Source: Solirubrobacterales bacterium
GTDB lineage: Bacteria > Actinomycetota > Thermoleophilia > Solirubrobacterales > 70-9
DNA: 54,519 bases
Reading direction: 5' to 3'
Assembly (NCBI GenBank): GCA_038207745.1
Contig: JBBQZL010000001.1
Span: 1 to 54,519 of the forward strand
Shown: positions 9,859 through 19,634 of the stretch, piece by piece
Position numbering within the stretch: position 1 is the stretch's first letter
How the letters are laid out: each line of letters opens with the position of its first letter
The notes under the pieces: model-generated
Seen by the model: only the letters and a program-made list of their open reading frames with translations
Databases searched by the model: none
Told to the model about the DNA's origin: nothing
Program-made: the position numbers and the translations under genes

Positions 9859-10636
9859 CCGCCGGGAAGAGCGCGAGAAGCTGCAGGAGAGTCGCCGGCA
9901 GGAGGAAAGCGAGCAGTCCCGGGACCAGCGCCGCAGGCTGATGATCGGATACACGATCGGGGGCGTCCTCGTTGCCGTGATCGCAGTCGGAATCGTGGTT
10001 GCGGTCTCCTCGGTCGGAAGTGAGGATGGAGCCACCGGAGACGCCCACGTGAGCGTCGCCAGCGGGTCGACCAACGCCACCACACTCGACGAGCGCAGCG
10101 GTCCCAAGCCACATGCGATCGCCGAAACAGACCTGGCAGCCGCCGCCACGAAGGCCGGCTGCGAGATCAGGGCCGATCTTCCGGATGAGGGCGCAACCCA
10201 TCTTCCGGTCGGCTCTCCGGCTCCCCCCTACAAGACCAACCCGCCGACCTCGGGCAATCACGTGGAGCCGCCCTACCAGCAGGCCGACGGCGCCTACCTC
10301 GACGTCCCGCTCGAGATCGACGTCGTCCACTCGCTCGAGCACGGCAGGATCGCATTCCAATACGGCCCCGGCCTCCCGGAGCAGGACCAGCTCGAGCTCC
10401 GGGGGATGTACGACACGCTCTACTCCGGCGCCCTGCTCTTCCCGAACGACAAGATGCCCTACGCGGTCGCGGCGACGGCCTGGCAGAACCTGATCGGCTG
10501 CAAGGAGTACAAGGGTGCCGCGACCCTCGACGCGTTGCGCGATTTCGGAATCAGGTACGGCGGGCGCGGCCCCGAGCCCTTCGGGGCATTCGGTCCCGTG
10601 ACCGGCCCGTCGCCGATGCAGCCCCAGCAGGGCTGA
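9851..10636 (+). CDS. DUF3105-like membrane-anchored protein
   Basis: PPTSGNHVEPPY and HSLEHGRIAFQY, with one N-terminal TM. The start is uncertain: TTG 9851 overlaps the upstream stop, and the ORF opens at 9797. Confidence 0.65.
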   Translation: MADRREEREKLQESRRQEESEQSRDQRRRLMIGYTIGGVLVAVIAVGIVVAVSSVGSEDGATGDAHVSVASGSTNATTLDERSGPKPHAIAETDLAAAATKAGCEIRADLPDEGATHLPVGSPAPPYKTNPPTSGNHVEPPYQQADGAYLDVPLEIDVVHSLEHGRIAFQYGPGLPEQDQLELRGMYDTLYSGALLFPNDKMPYAVAATAWQNLIGCKEYKGAATLDALRDFGIRYGGRGPEPFGAFGPVTGPSPMQPQQG

Positions 10637-10652
10637 TGCCCGAAGGCATCAG
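10633..10652. terminator. hairpin between convergent genes
   Basis: ctgatgcc-cgaa-ggcatcag. It includes the TGA of the DUF3105-like gene. Confidence 0.4.
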
Positions 10653-10673
10653 AGGCGGCGGCGCCCGCCGGGG

Positions 10674-11696
10674 TCAGGCCGGTGCGCGGTAGGCCGGGAA
10701 GAACCCGTCTGCAGCATGGCCTGCACTGAGTTCCGCGTAGCGGCCGGGCAGGCAGATGATCTCCGAGGTGTGGAACGCCTCCTCGCGATTTGCGAACCCG
10801 CGCTTGAACTCCTCGAGGCGGTCTCCCGCGGTGATGCCGCCACCGAGGTTGAGCGGCAGGTCGAACCCCCAGGACAACTCGGTCATCGCCGCAATGATGT
10901 TCTTCATCGGCGAGTCGCGCAGGTGTTCGTCGTTGGTGCCGCTGAGGTAGTAGTGCATTAAGCCGTCGCTTCGGGCCGCGATCGAGGCGGCGGCAACCGT
11001 GCCTTCAGGTTCGATCGCCAGGACCAGCCAGGTCAGCGGCGAGGAGAGGACCAGCTCGAAGTATTCGGCTCCGAAGAAGTAGCGATCCTCGGCCTCGGTG
11101 CGACGCATCGTCTGCTCGTAGGCGAGCAGGAATGCCGCGCGCTGTACCGGGGTGGTCTCCGGGCCGGGGATGACCTCGATCCCGTAGCCGCGCCTCAGGT
11201 TCTTGCGGATCTGCTGCCGATCGCTCATCCGGCTCTTGGGAGACAGCGCGGGGTCGGCGATCTGGACGATGTTGCGCTGCGTCGCCCCGCTCAGCGGCGG
11301 GTCCGACCCGAGGCGGTGACGAAGGAAGAGCGAGACGATCCCGGCCCCGCCCCACTCGATGCCGGCGGGGTCGAGCGTCGGGTGGTCGACGGTGGAGCCT
11401 GGCGGGAGACGGTCGGCCGCGAGGTCGAGCGAGGTGTCGCCGGCGACGGGGCCAATGCCAGTCGAGCCGGACTCGGTGAGGCCCGGATACCCGTATGGCG
11501 ATACCGCGTCGAGTGACTCGCTGCCAGGGATATCCCGGGCCAGGACCGGCGCCGCGAGCACCCGGTTTGCGGCGGTGATCCTCAGCGAGTGGGTGACCTT
11601 CTCGGCGGCGAGGAACTCCGGACAGCGGAAGAACTCGTCGGCCGCGGCGGCGCGTCCGGAATCGGCCAGGAGCCCGGCGGCGGCTGCGCCGCTCAC
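10674..11696 (-). CDS. FemAB/BioF2-like GNAT-fold acyltransferase family protein
   Basis: About 340 aa. Its C-terminal half looks GNAT-like, as in proteins typical of polysaccharide loci. GTGA overlap with the upstream GNAT gene. Confidence 0.5.
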   Translation of the reverse strand: MSGAAAAGLLADSGRAAAADEFFRCPEFLAAEKVTHSLRITAANRVLAAPVLARDIPGSESLDAVSPYGYPGLTESGSTGIGPVAGDTSLDLAADRLPPGSTVDHPTLDPAGIEWGGAGIVSLFLRHRLGSDPPLSGATQRNIVQIADPALSPKSRMSDRQQIRKNLRRGYGIEVIPGPETTPVQRAAFLLAYEQTMRRTEAEDRYFFGAEYFELVLSSPLTWLVLAIEPEGTVAAASIAARSDGLMHYYLSGTNDEHLRDSPMKNIIAAMTELSWGFDLPLNLGGGITAGDRLEEFKRGFANREEAFHTSEIICLPGRYAELSAGHAADGFFPAYRAPA

Positions 11697-12238
11697 TCGA
11701 AAAGGTCCGCGGTGGCGGCGCGGAACTCGTCGGGCAACACTCCCCAGACCTCGAGGTCGAAGAGCTCTCCGCCGCGCGCAACGTGCGAGCGCATCGTCCC
11801 CTCGTAGGTCCAGCCGAGGCTGGTCACGACCCGCTTGGCGGCCTCGTTGAAGGCTGGGATGCGACCGTAGACCCGATGCGCACCGAACTGATCGAAGGCT
11901 TTGGCGATCGTCAGCGCCTCGGCACGCCGGCCGACGCCCTTGCCGCGAACGTCATCGCCGATCATGCAACCGAGCTCGGGTGCCATCTGGGCGAAGAGCC
12001 CGTAGAGCGCGGTGAAGCCGACCGGCTCGTCGTGGCCCTCGACCACGATTGCGAACTTCCGATCCGGCCCCTCCCCCGCGACGGCGGCCGCCGTCCACCC
12101 CTTCGCGTTCTCGAGCGTGAAGCTCTCGCGCTTCTCCATAAGGGTCCTGGTCGCCTCTGGATTGTTGAACCAGCGGTGGACCGCGCTCGCATCGGCGGGC
12201 TCGAACGGCCGAAGGCTGACGGTGGGCTTCTCGCTCAT
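11693..12238 (-). CDS. GNAT family N-acetyltransferase (RimJ/RimL-like)
   Basis: LRPFEPADASAVHRWFNNPE...GKGVGRRA, about 180 aa. Confidence 0.8.
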   Translation of the reverse strand: MSEKPTVSLRPFEPADASAVHRWFNNPEATRTLMEKRESFTLENAKGWTAAAVAGEGPDRKFAIVVEGHDEPVGFTALYGLFAQMAPELGCMIGDDVRGKGVGRRAEALTIAKAFDQFGAHRVYGRIPAFNEAAKRVVTSLGWTYEGTMRSHVARGGELFDLEVWGVLPDEFRAATADLFE

Positions 12239-12248
12239 CCTCAGAACC

Positions 12249-12812
12249 CTATTCGGGGGACAGGCCCTGTCCGCTCGCCGCGAGACCCACGGTCCTGAGG
12301 ATGATCCGCAGGTCGAGCGCGAGGGACCGGTTGTCGACGTACCAGAGGTCGAGTTCGATCCTCTCGTCCCAGGGGATTCCGGCCCGGCCCTGCACCTGCG
12401 CCCAGCCGGTGATACCCGGGCGTACCTGATGACGACGATGCTGCCTCGGGGTGTAGTCGCGAACCTGCGCCTCGATGGTCGGGCGCGGGCCGACGATCGC
12501 CATCTCGCCGCGCAGTACGTTGATCAGGTTGGGAAGTTCATCGAGGGAACTGCGTCGCAGGAACCGGCCGACCCGGGTCACCCTCGAATCAGTGCTGGTG
12601 ACGATCGCCCCGACGCCGACCGGGTCGGAGCCGGCGACCATCGTCCGCAGCTTCAGCATCTCGAACTCGCGGCCACCCAGGCCGACCCGGCTCTGGCGAT
12701 AGATCACCGGTCCCCCGCCCTCGAGGCGTATCGCGATCGCGGCTGCGAGCAGGATCGGCGAGGTGATGATCAGGCCAACCGCTGCGATAAGCAGGTCCAG
12801 CGCGCGGTTCAT
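12249..12812 (-). CDS. small polyprenyl-phosphate sugar-phosphate transferase (bacterial sugar transferase family)
   Basis: One TM, then PVIYRQSRVGLGGREFEMLKLRTM and DELPNLINVLRGEMAIVGPRP. GTG 12875 is an alternative start. Confidence 0.85.
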   Translation of the reverse strand: MNRALDLLIAAVGLIITSPILLAAAIAIRLEGGGPVIYRQSRVGLGGREFEMLKLRTMVAGSDPVGVGAIVTSTDSRVTRVGRFLRRSSLDELPNLINVLRGEMAIVGPRPTIEAQVRDYTPRQHRRHQVRPGITGWAQVQGRAGIPWDERIELDLWYVDNRSLALDLRIILRTVGLAASGQGLSPE

Positions 12813-12843
12813 CGGAGAACCCCGTCTTCCGGGTTGCGCCTGC

Positions 12844-13983
12844 TCATCGCGTCCCCTCCGCCTTTTCCCAGGCACCGGGTGGACCCTGCCGCCAGCGGTC
12901 CCAGAGCCCGAAAACGATCGAGGCCGTGACGATCACGTAGTAGCGCGCGATCCGGAGTGGCCCGAAGGGAACCAACGGCGCGAGGAAGGCCGCCGCGAGG
13001 AGCAGGACTTGGAGCCCCAGGGTGACCCGGTAGACCGTACCCGCCGACTGAGCGACCAGGACGATGTTGAGCCCAAGCGTGATCAGATGCAGGAACGGGG
13101 TCAGGTAGCGCAGCAGGCGGTGGGAGAAGATCTCGAAGGCAAACATCGGCGAGTAGCCGCGCGGCGAGATCATCCGCTCGCCGATCACGATGTCCCAGAG
13201 CCCGATCATCATCCGGCGCTTTCGTGACCACTCTCCGGAGAGTGTCGGAACCATCAGCTCGGAGGCGCGGGCAACGGGAACGTATACCGAGCGAAGACCC
13301 TGCCTGGCCATCTCGAAGGGAAACGAGAGGTCGTGGCTGCCGGAGGGTGGCAGCGCGACGTAGGCGCTGCGGCGGACCGCGTAGATCGCCCCGTTGCCCG
13401 CGGTCACCCCGCCCAACCCGGACTCGAGCTCGCGCACCTTCATCTCGTAGCGCCAGTAGATCCCTTCCTGATTGTCGCCGTCCTCGTTGATGAAGCTGAC
13501 CTGCCCGCAGGCGTAGCCGATGCTCTCGTCGGCGAAGGGCGCGACGAGCCCGCGCAGGGCGCCCGGCTCCCAGAAACTATTTGCGTCGGAGAATGCGACG
13601 AGATCGCCCCTGGCACTCTCGACGGCGGAATTCTGGCCGGTGATCTTGCCGCCGCGGGGCAGGTCGAGGACGAGGTCGGCGCCTGCTGCCCTGGCCACGT
13701 TGACAGTCCTGTCGGCGGAGCCGTCGGAAGCCACGATGATCTGCAGCAGCTCACGGGGGTAATCGAGCGCGAGAGTGTTCGTGACCTTGTCCGCGATCAC
13801 ATCCTCTTCGTCGTATGCGGCGATTACCAGCGAGACGCTGGGCAGCGAAACGGCGTCCCCGCCGGCCCGGACCGCCCTGCGGCCAGAAAGCAGCAATCGC
13901 AGGATCGCCAGCGCAATCGTGTAGCCGACGTGGGTATAGACGATCAGGGCCACGCAGACCCAGAAGAGGGTCTCAAGCACCAT
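12844..13983 (-). CDS. membrane-embedded family 2 glycosyltransferase (synthase-like)
   Basis: VSLVIAAYDEEDVI, ASDGSADRT, and N- and C-terminal TM helices. Confidence 0.8.
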   Translation of the reverse strand: MVLETLFWVCVALIVYTHVGYTIALAILRLLLSGRRAVRAGGDAVSLPSVSLVIAAYDEEDVIADKVTNTLALDYPRELLQIIVASDGSADRTVNVARAAGADLVLDLPRGGKITGQNSAVESARGDLVAFSDANSFWEPGALRGLVAPFADESIGYACGQVSFINEDGDNQEGIYWRYEMKVRELESGLGGVTAGNGAIYAVRRSAYVALPPSGSHDLSFPFEMARQGLRSVYVPVARASELMVPTLSGEWSRKRRMMIGLWDIVIGERMISPRGYSPMFAFEIFSHRLLRYLTPFLHLITLGLNIVLVAQSAGTVYRVTLGLQVLLLAAAFLAPLVPFGPLRIARYYVIVTASIVFGLWDRWRQGPPGAWEKAEGTR

Positions 13984-15106
13984 CGTGGTCACCTGAGGAC
14001 CCGAGCAGGGATGAGTAGAGATCTTTGGTCTGGAGGCCGATCTCGTCCCAGGAGTAGGTGGTGGCCGCGGCCTCGAACCCGGCCTCGGAGAGTTGGCGCC
14101 GGGCATCGGGGTCCGCGATCAGGCGGTTGAGCTCGGTGGCGAGCGCTTCGGCGTCACCCGGCTCGACAATCCGGATCGCCCCGCTCGACCCCGCCAGCTC
14201 GGGAAAGCCTCCCACCGAGCTGGCGACCATCGGAGTTCCGAAGGCAAGGCCGGTGTAGATGACGCCCGAGTGCTCGGCGTCGAGATACGGAAGCACCGCG
14301 ATGTCGGCACGGCGAAAGAGTGCCGGGATCTCGTCCTCATCAATGAACCGGGTCACGAACCGGACCTTTGCCGAACAGAGCTCTGCCGCCTCGAGCAGCG
14401 GCTCGACCGGCATTCGTGGATTGCCGACAATCCAGAGTTCGGCACCCCTGACCTGCCGGAAGGCCTCGAGCAGCAGATCGACCCCCTTGTAGGGACGAAG
14501 CAGGCCGAAGAAGAGCACGACCGGTCCCTCGGCGCCCGCCAACTCATCTGGAAGCGGCTTCTCCTCGGGGAGCGCGGTCAGGTAGTCGAAGGCGCCGTGA
14601 TGGATCACATGAATGCGGCCAGGTTCAACGCCCACCTCCTCGCGAAGGCGACGGGCACCGTGCTGAGAGTGAGCGATCACCGCGTCCATCTGCCCATACA
14701 TCCGGCGGGCGATCCCAAGTTGCCGGCGGGATGGATCCGGCGCGAGTATGTAGTGCGCGGTGATCACGCTCGGGCGACGACGCGAGATCAGGTGGGTGTC
14801 GATCGCGGGCATCGTCAGCCACTGGTGGTGGACGACGTCGGGTTCCGGCCTGCGCCAGAGCGCCGCCATGTCGAGCAGGTGCTCGCCCGCCTTGAAGATC
14901 CGGCGCCCCGGCGCGTCGAGGCCGCGGGCCGCGGTGCGGCGATAGAAGGCCTCGGTGACCTCGTAGCCGTCGGTCTCGGGCACCGGTCCGTAGAGAAAGC
15001 GCGACGTGATCAACTCAACCTCAACGCCTGCGCGCGCCAGCGACCTCGCGAGGGCGTGGTCATAGGGAGGCGTGAACGCCGAGGGGTCCAGCATCGAGAC
15101 GCGCAT
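13973..15106 (-). CDS. family 4 (GT-B) glycosyltransferase
   Basis: The C-terminal EHSGVIYTGLAFGTPMVASSVGGFPE motif is typical of Glycos_transf_1. Start at ATG 15106 (MRVSMLD). Confidence 0.8.
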   Translation of the reverse strand: MRVSMLDPSAFTPPYDHALARSLARAGVEVELITSRFLYGPVPETDGYEVTEAFYRRTAARGLDAPGRRIFKAGEHLLDMAALWRRPEPDVVHHQWLTMPAIDTHLISRRRPSVITAHYILAPDPSRRQLGIARRMYGQMDAVIAHSQHGARRLREEVGVEPGRIHVIHHGAFDYLTALPEEKPLPDELAGAEGPVVLFFGLLRPYKGVDLLLEAFRQVRGAELWIVGNPRMPVEPLLEAAELCSAKVRFVTRFIDEDEIPALFRRADIAVLPYLDAEHSGVIYTGLAFGTPMVASSVGGFPELAGSSGAIRIVEPGDAEALATELNRLIADPDARRQLSEAGFEAAATTYSWDEIGLQTKDLYSSLLGSSGDHDGA

Positions 15107-15132
15107 TCGGAAGCGATTATCGTGCCGGGAGC

Positions 15133-16074
15133 GTGGAACCGACACTCTCCTACTGCATCGTGAACAGCAATGGCCGCAAGTATCTGCTCGCCTGCCTTGC
15201 CGCGATCGCGCGCAATCACCCCCACGGGGTCGACTGCGAGATCCTTGTTCTGGACAACGCATCGAGCGATGGATCAGCCGATGCCGCGCGGGCCTGGAGC
15301 GACGAGAATGCCACAGCGGTGACCGTGATCGCGCTCGACCAAGCGGAGGGCAAGGCGGCCAACGACTCGCGCCTGATTCGGGACGCCAAGGGCCGCTACT
15401 GCCTGCTCCTCAACGAGGATTCCGAGGTTATGGACGGAACTGTGGCGGCATTGATTGCGGCCCTTGAAGCGGAACCGAAGGCGGCAGCCGCCGGAGCACA
15501 ACTGCTCGACGGCGACCTCGTCCCGTATCCCTGTGCCTGGCGTTTCCCCGGGCTGGCGACCGCATGTGCCGGGGCGCTCTTTCTGCACCGCAGATACACG
15601 GTCCAGAGCGGCGGCGGCGGCGGCGGCGAAACCCGTATCGTCGATTGGGCGCAATCCAGCGCGCTTATGGTTCGCCGAGAGGCCGCCGCCCAGGTCGATT
15701 TCCTCGACCCAGAGTTTTTCGTCTACTACGACGAGTGCGACTTCTGCAAGCGCCTCGCCGACGCCGGCTGGCACACCCTCTACGTCCCCGGCGCAAATGC
15801 AATCCACCACAACCAGCTCTCGACCGACCTGGGCAAAGGCCTGCCACGGATCGTCGAGTTCCACCGCAACCGCGACCTCTACATGCGAAAGCACCACGGC
15901 CCGGCAGAAGCCGCAGTGGTCAGACTGCTGACCGCCTGGACCTACGGCCTCCGCGCCATCGCCGCCCTCGTCGTCCCCGGCCACTCGCCGAAGGTCCACC
16001 TGGTCCACGCTCGTCAGGCGCTTTTCCCCGGTCGCGGCAGGGGGATTCGCGACAAGGTCGAAGCCGGCCGCTGA
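15133..16074 (+). CDS. family 2 glycosyltransferase
   Basis: SYCIVNSNGRKYL, LVLDNASSDGS, NEDSEV. The GTG start is only 26 nt from the divergent GT4 start. Confidence 0.8.
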   Translation: MEPTLSYCIVNSNGRKYLLACLAAIARNHPHGVDCEILVLDNASSDGSADAARAWSDENATAVTVIALDQAEGKAANDSRLIRDAKGRYCLLLNEDSEVMDGTVAALIAALEAEPKAAAAGAQLLDGDLVPYPCAWRFPGLATACAGALFLHRRYTVQSGGGGGGETRIVDWAQSSALMVRREAAAQVDFLDPEFFVYYDECDFCKRLADAGWHTLYVPGANAIHHNQLSTDLGKGLPRIVEFHRNRDLYMRKHHGPAEAAVVRLLTAWTYGLRAIAALVVPGHSPKVHLVHARQALFPGRGRGIRDKVEAGR

Positions 16075-16142
16075 AGCCCGGGGAGATACCTCCGGTCCGC
16101 GAAACCGAAGGTCACTGGTTCGAATCCTGTCGGGCGCGCTCT
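16074..16142 (+). repeat. tRNA-3'-half-like element, copy A (degenerate, no D arm)
   Basis: T arm ACTGG-TTCGAAT-CCTGT, then CGGGCGC-G. A 4-bp stem CGGT/ACCG with loop CCGCGAA. The 5' strand AAGCCCG pairs 5 of 7. Bases 16101-16142 match 25426-25467 at 36 of 42 positions. Confidence 0.6.
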
Positions 16143-16245
16143 GGAAACCCACTCCAAAACCGCTCTGGCAAGCGCAAACGGAGAAGGTCAAGGCTCCGCT
16201 GCCGAAGTCTCCGAAATCCCCAGATCGGGGGGCCGCGCCTAGGAA

Positions 16246-16269
16246 GACTATCGCGCAGTTATCGCGCGG
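16246..16269 (+). repeat. ATCGCGC tandem motif (arm-type repeat), copy A
   Basis: gactATCGCGCagttATCGCGCgg, closely similar to 19941-19966. Confidence 0.5.
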
Positions 16270-16380
16270 ATCCAAGCCGAGAACCTCGGCGACGCTGACA
16301 AGGGCTCAGCCATCTTCTCTTCCCTCCTCTTGCCCGGGGCCTGTGTTGCATCTCCGCCACAAGGTGATTGACCTCATACC

Positions 16381-16415
16381 TTGACAATACCCCCCCAGGG
16401 TATTACTGTCAAGTC
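16381..16415 (+). promoter_or_regulatory. candidate promoter TTGACA-17 nt-TACTGT giving a leaderless transcript; overlaps an imperfect inverted repeat
   Basis: The -10 ends 6 nt before ATG 16416. TTGACAATACCC ... GGGTATTACTGTCAA is an imperfect palindrome. Confidence 0.5.
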
Positions 16416-17111
16416 ATGACCCGGAACCCGATCGCGGCGTTGGCCCCCACGGCGGGTACCCCTAAGACCGGCGAAGCGGAGACGGTGATGCGAGCCGAAG
16501 GAGTGAAGAAGGGCTTCCACCGCGGTCTACCGCCGCGGCGGCGCAGGACCGAGGTCCTTAAAGGGGCAAGCCTCGAGGTTCGCCGCGGCGAGTTGGTCGG
16601 CCTGGTCGGCGAGAATGGCTCGGGAAAGAGCACCCTGATGAAGATCGTCGTTGGCATGATGGAGGGTGACGGGGGAGAGATTGAGCGAAACGGAAAGCTC
16701 GGCTACTGTCCGCAGACGCCGCTGCTCTGGGAGAAACTGACAGTGGCCGAGCACTTCGAGCTGTTCGCCCGCGCGTACGACCTCGACCAGACCGAAGCGG
16801 ACTCGACCAGCCAGAGCCTGCTCGCCGAACTTCAGTTCGAACGCTACCGCGGCTACCGGATCGAGGACCTCTCCGGCGGGACCCGGCAGAAGCTGAACCT
16901 GGCACTGGCCCTGATGCACGGGCCTGACCTTCTGCTGCTCGACGAGCCCTACTCCGGCTTCGACTGGGAGACATACCTGCGCTTCTGGGAGATGAGCGAG
17001 AGGCGCCGCGACCAGGGGATGGGCATCCTGATCGTCTCCCACTTCCTCTCCGAGCGCGAGCGCCTCGACCGCGTCTACGAGCTGCGTGACGGGAGGTGCA
17101 TCGAGGCGTGA
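16416..17111 (+). CDS. ABC transporter ATP-binding protein (ABC-2 exporter type)
   Basis: GENGSGKST, LSGGTRQKLNLA, LLLLDEPYSGFD. ATG 16488 (MRAEGVKKGF) is an alternative start. Confidence 0.85.
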   Translation: MTRNPIAALAPTAGTPKTGEAETVMRAEGVKKGFHRGLPPRRRRTEVLKGASLEVRRGELVGLVGENGSGKSTLMKIVVGMMEGDGGEIERNGKLGYCPQTPLLWEKLTVAEHFELFARAYDLDQTEADSTSQSLLAELQFERYRGYRIEDLSGGTRQKLNLALALMHGPDLLLLDEPYSGFDWETYLRFWEMSERRRDQGMGILIVSHFLSERERLDRVYELRDGRCIEA

Positions 17112-17824
17112 GCGGAATTGTGATTTCCAGCGCCGACTTCCTGCGCGAGCACCTGCGGGCACGGCTGACGCTGGTCATGTTGGTGGCGCTCCCGGCTCTT
17201 TTCGTGCTCGTCTCGGCCTCGGTGCTCGGAGAGTTCGCCTCGGCTCTCGGCGGCTCGGTCGCCGGCGATTCTGCCTCGGCACTGGGCGCCGGTTGGGCTG
17301 CGGCCTTTATGGCGGGTGCTCTCGGCTTCTTTCAGGTCGCCTCGGCTCGCGGGGCGGATCGCCGCCTGGCGCTGGCGGGAATGGGAGCGGTGCCGGTAGC
17401 GGTTGCGCGGATATCGGCCTCGATTCTTCTTGGGCTGCTGATATCAGGAGTCGCCTTCGGCACCCTCTGGCTAGCTGCCGGCATCGCTCATCCCGCCCAC
17501 GCATTCATCGCGATCCTGATCTTCGCTCTGATCTACATCGGTATCGGCACCGTGGTCGGATCGTTCATCTCCGACCCGCTGGAGGGCTCGCTCACCGTGG
17601 CGTTCATCTTCCTGATCGACGCCTTCTCCGGCCCGGGGATGAGCGGTGGCGGAGGGCTGGCGCAGCTGATGCCGACCCGCAAGGCGGCCGACGTACTGGT
17701 CGCCGCCGGGGCGGGCCAGAGCTCGCCGGCCGGGGACTGGATCGCGGTGTGTCTGACGGCCCTCGGGGCCCTACTGATTGCGACGGGGGCCTTCTGGCTC
17801 TCCGCCCGGCCGAGGTCGGCATGA
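17108..17824 (+). CDS. ABC-2 type transporter permease
   Basis: About 6 predicted TM helices. GTGA overlap with the ATPase stop. Confidence 0.7.
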   Translation: MSGIVISSADFLREHLRARLTLVMLVALPALFVLVSASVLGEFASALGGSVAGDSASALGAGWAAAFMAGALGFFQVASARGADRRLALAGMGAVPVAVARISASILLGLLISGVAFGTLWLAAGIAHPAHAFIAILIFALIYIGIGTVVGSFISDPLEGSLTVAFIFLIDAFSGPGMSGGGGLAQLMPTRKAADVLVAAGAGQSSPAGDWIAVCLTALGALLIATGAFWLSARPRSA

Positions 17825-18567
17825 GCGGGCGCGCTTCCACGGCGATCCGGATGGGCTTCCGCGAGCAGCTCCGCCGCCCCCTGCTGCTGGTCCTACTGAT
17901 AACCGTCCCGTTCCTCTTCATCAGCTGGAGCGTGGCGATCACCGAGCCCAACCCGCACCTGATCACCCTGCCCGGTGGCGATCAATTCCTGACCACGATG
18001 AAGGATCTGCACGGCGCGATCATGGTGCCGATCACCGTTGGCTTCCTCGCCGGCCTGGTCGGCCTCTTCATCGTCCAGTCGGCCCTGGAATCCGACCGCC
18101 GCCTGGTGCTGGCCGGATACAGTCCCGGTGAGGCGATCATGCCGCGCCTCGTCGTCCTTTTCACGGCGACACTCGTCGTCATCGCCGTTTCCCTCGGGGT
18201 AACTGCGATCGACTTCACCCCCGCTTCCTGGCTCCCCTTCGTTACCGGCAACCTCCTGGCCGGCCTGATCTACGGCGCGATCGGCGCCCTGGCGGGAGCG
18301 CTCGTCGGCCGCCTCGGAGGCGCCTATCTGATGTTCTTCCTGCCGATGCTGGACATCGGGGTTGCCCAGAATCCGATGTTCTTCCGAGGCACCCCGCAGG
18401 GGTGGGCCACCGTGCTCCCAGGCTACGGTCCGACCCGGGTCCTGGTCGACGGCGCGTTCTCGTCGAGCTTTGACGCCGGGGGCTCGCTGATCGTGGCGTT
18501 GCTCTGGCTTGCCGCCCTCTCAGTGGCCGTGCTCGTTCTGCTTCGCCGCTCCGTTGCCGGCTCCTAA
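17821..18567 (+). CDS. ABC-2 type transporter permease (second subunit)
   Basis: ATGA overlap with the previous stop. Polytopic, with a large first loop (PNPHLITLPGGDQFLTTMKDLHG). Confidence 0.7.
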   Translation: MSGRASTAIRMGFREQLRRPLLLVLLITVPFLFISWSVAITEPNPHLITLPGGDQFLTTMKDLHGAIMVPITVGFLAGLVGLFIVQSALESDRRLVLAGYSPGEAIMPRLVVLFTATLVVIAVSLGVTAIDFTPASWLPFVTGNLLAGLIYGAIGALAGALVGRLGGAYLMFFLPMLDIGVAQNPMFFRGTPQGWATVLPGYGPTRVLVDGAFSSSFDAGGSLIVALLWLAALSVAVLVLLRRSVAGS

Positions 18568-18675
18568 GGACGAGCGCTTCCAGCAGGGTGGGTGCTGCAC
18601 GATCGGCGAACTGATACGCCCTGAATTGAACCGAGCCGCCGCCAACTACCACGCCCTCGTGCTCTGCTCACCGCG

Positions 18676-19134
18676 CTACTTGCCGCTCTGCGACGAACCG
18701 CCCGTGGGGACATCAGGCGAGGGGCCACCTCCGTGCAGGTGGGCAATCAGGTCGGCCATCTGGTTCGCCTCGAAGGTCGGGAATGGGATGCCTTCCTCCG
18801 CGAAAGCGGCCTCCATCGCGGGGACGTGGTTCCAGATCCTGCCGCTCATGTTGGCGATGTCGGTGACGCTCTGCTTGCTCCTCATGAAGTCGAGCTTAGG
18901 AGCGTCGGTGCCACCCTGGCCCTCGAAGGTATGACACATCGAGCAGCCCTGGCTGACGAACAGCATCCGTCCCTGCGTCGCGTTTCCGATGCTGCTGGCT
19001 TGAAGCGACCCGCTCGAAGAGTTGCTCTCACTTCCCTTGACGAGGACACCGAACACCACCCCGACGCCCAATCCGAGAGCGGCGGCGACCAATATGAGAA
19101 GAAGGGCATTCGAGGACCCACGTTGATTCAACAT
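18676..19134 (-). CDS. membrane-anchored monoheme c-type cytochrome
   Basis: N-terminal TM ALLLILVAAALGLGVGVVFGVLV and heme motif CSMCH. A distal Met for the axial ligand is plausible (IWNHVPAM). Confidence 0.75.
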   Translation of the reverse strand: MLNQRGSSNALLLILVAAALGLGVGVVFGVLVKGSESNSSSGSLQASSIGNATQGRMLFVSQGCSMCHTFEGQGGTDAPKLDFMRSKQSVTDIANMSGRIWNHVPAMEAAFAEEGIPFPTFEANQMADLIAHLHGGGPSPDVPTGGSSQSGK

Positions 19135-19202
19135 CCGCTCAACGAATCGCGCCAGGTGACAGATCGCAACTTGGGTCGGTCCGACGCGCCGGTCCTCCGG
19201 AA

Positions 19203-19508
19203 TTACAGCGGTGGGTGGTCTCGTAGCGTCTGGCAAGTGCCAGCTTCTCCTCGGTCCAGCGGATCGGTCGGCCGCTCTCTGCGCGGGTCTCGGGCCCGCG
19301 CCGATGCCCTCAGCCTCACCCGCCGCAGGAGGTCGAGGCACTCCAGCTTCTTGGCGGCGCGCAGGTAGCCCTTCTGGACGCTTGACGTTCCTTCCGGAGC
19401 ATCGATCACCAACCCGCCATGGGTTCCCGGCGGGGGAGCGTAGACCAGCAGGGTGCGCTCGAGGACGCCGAGGCGGACGCCCTTGAAGGTCGAGGTCCGC
19501 CCACTCAT
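19203..19508 (-). CDS. hypothetical small protein (orphan)
   Basis: GAGG lies before ATG 19508. The first ~65 codons have strongly G/C third positions. No family recognised. Confidence 0.5.
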   Translation of the reverse strand: MSGRTSTFKGVRLGVLERTLLVYAPPPGTHGGLVIDAPEGTSSVQKGYLRAAKKLECLDLLRRVRLRASARARDPRRERPTDPLDRGEAGTCQTLRDHPPL

Positions 19509-19634
19509 CGCCTCTGCGCGATTCTGGCCGCCATCCGCCTTGCGATCTCGTCCAGGTCCGCTGTCGGCATATCGTCTGATGCGGTCCCGGCCCCGTCTCG
19601 AGCTGACCGGGGATCAGTGCATGCAGCCTCGGCG

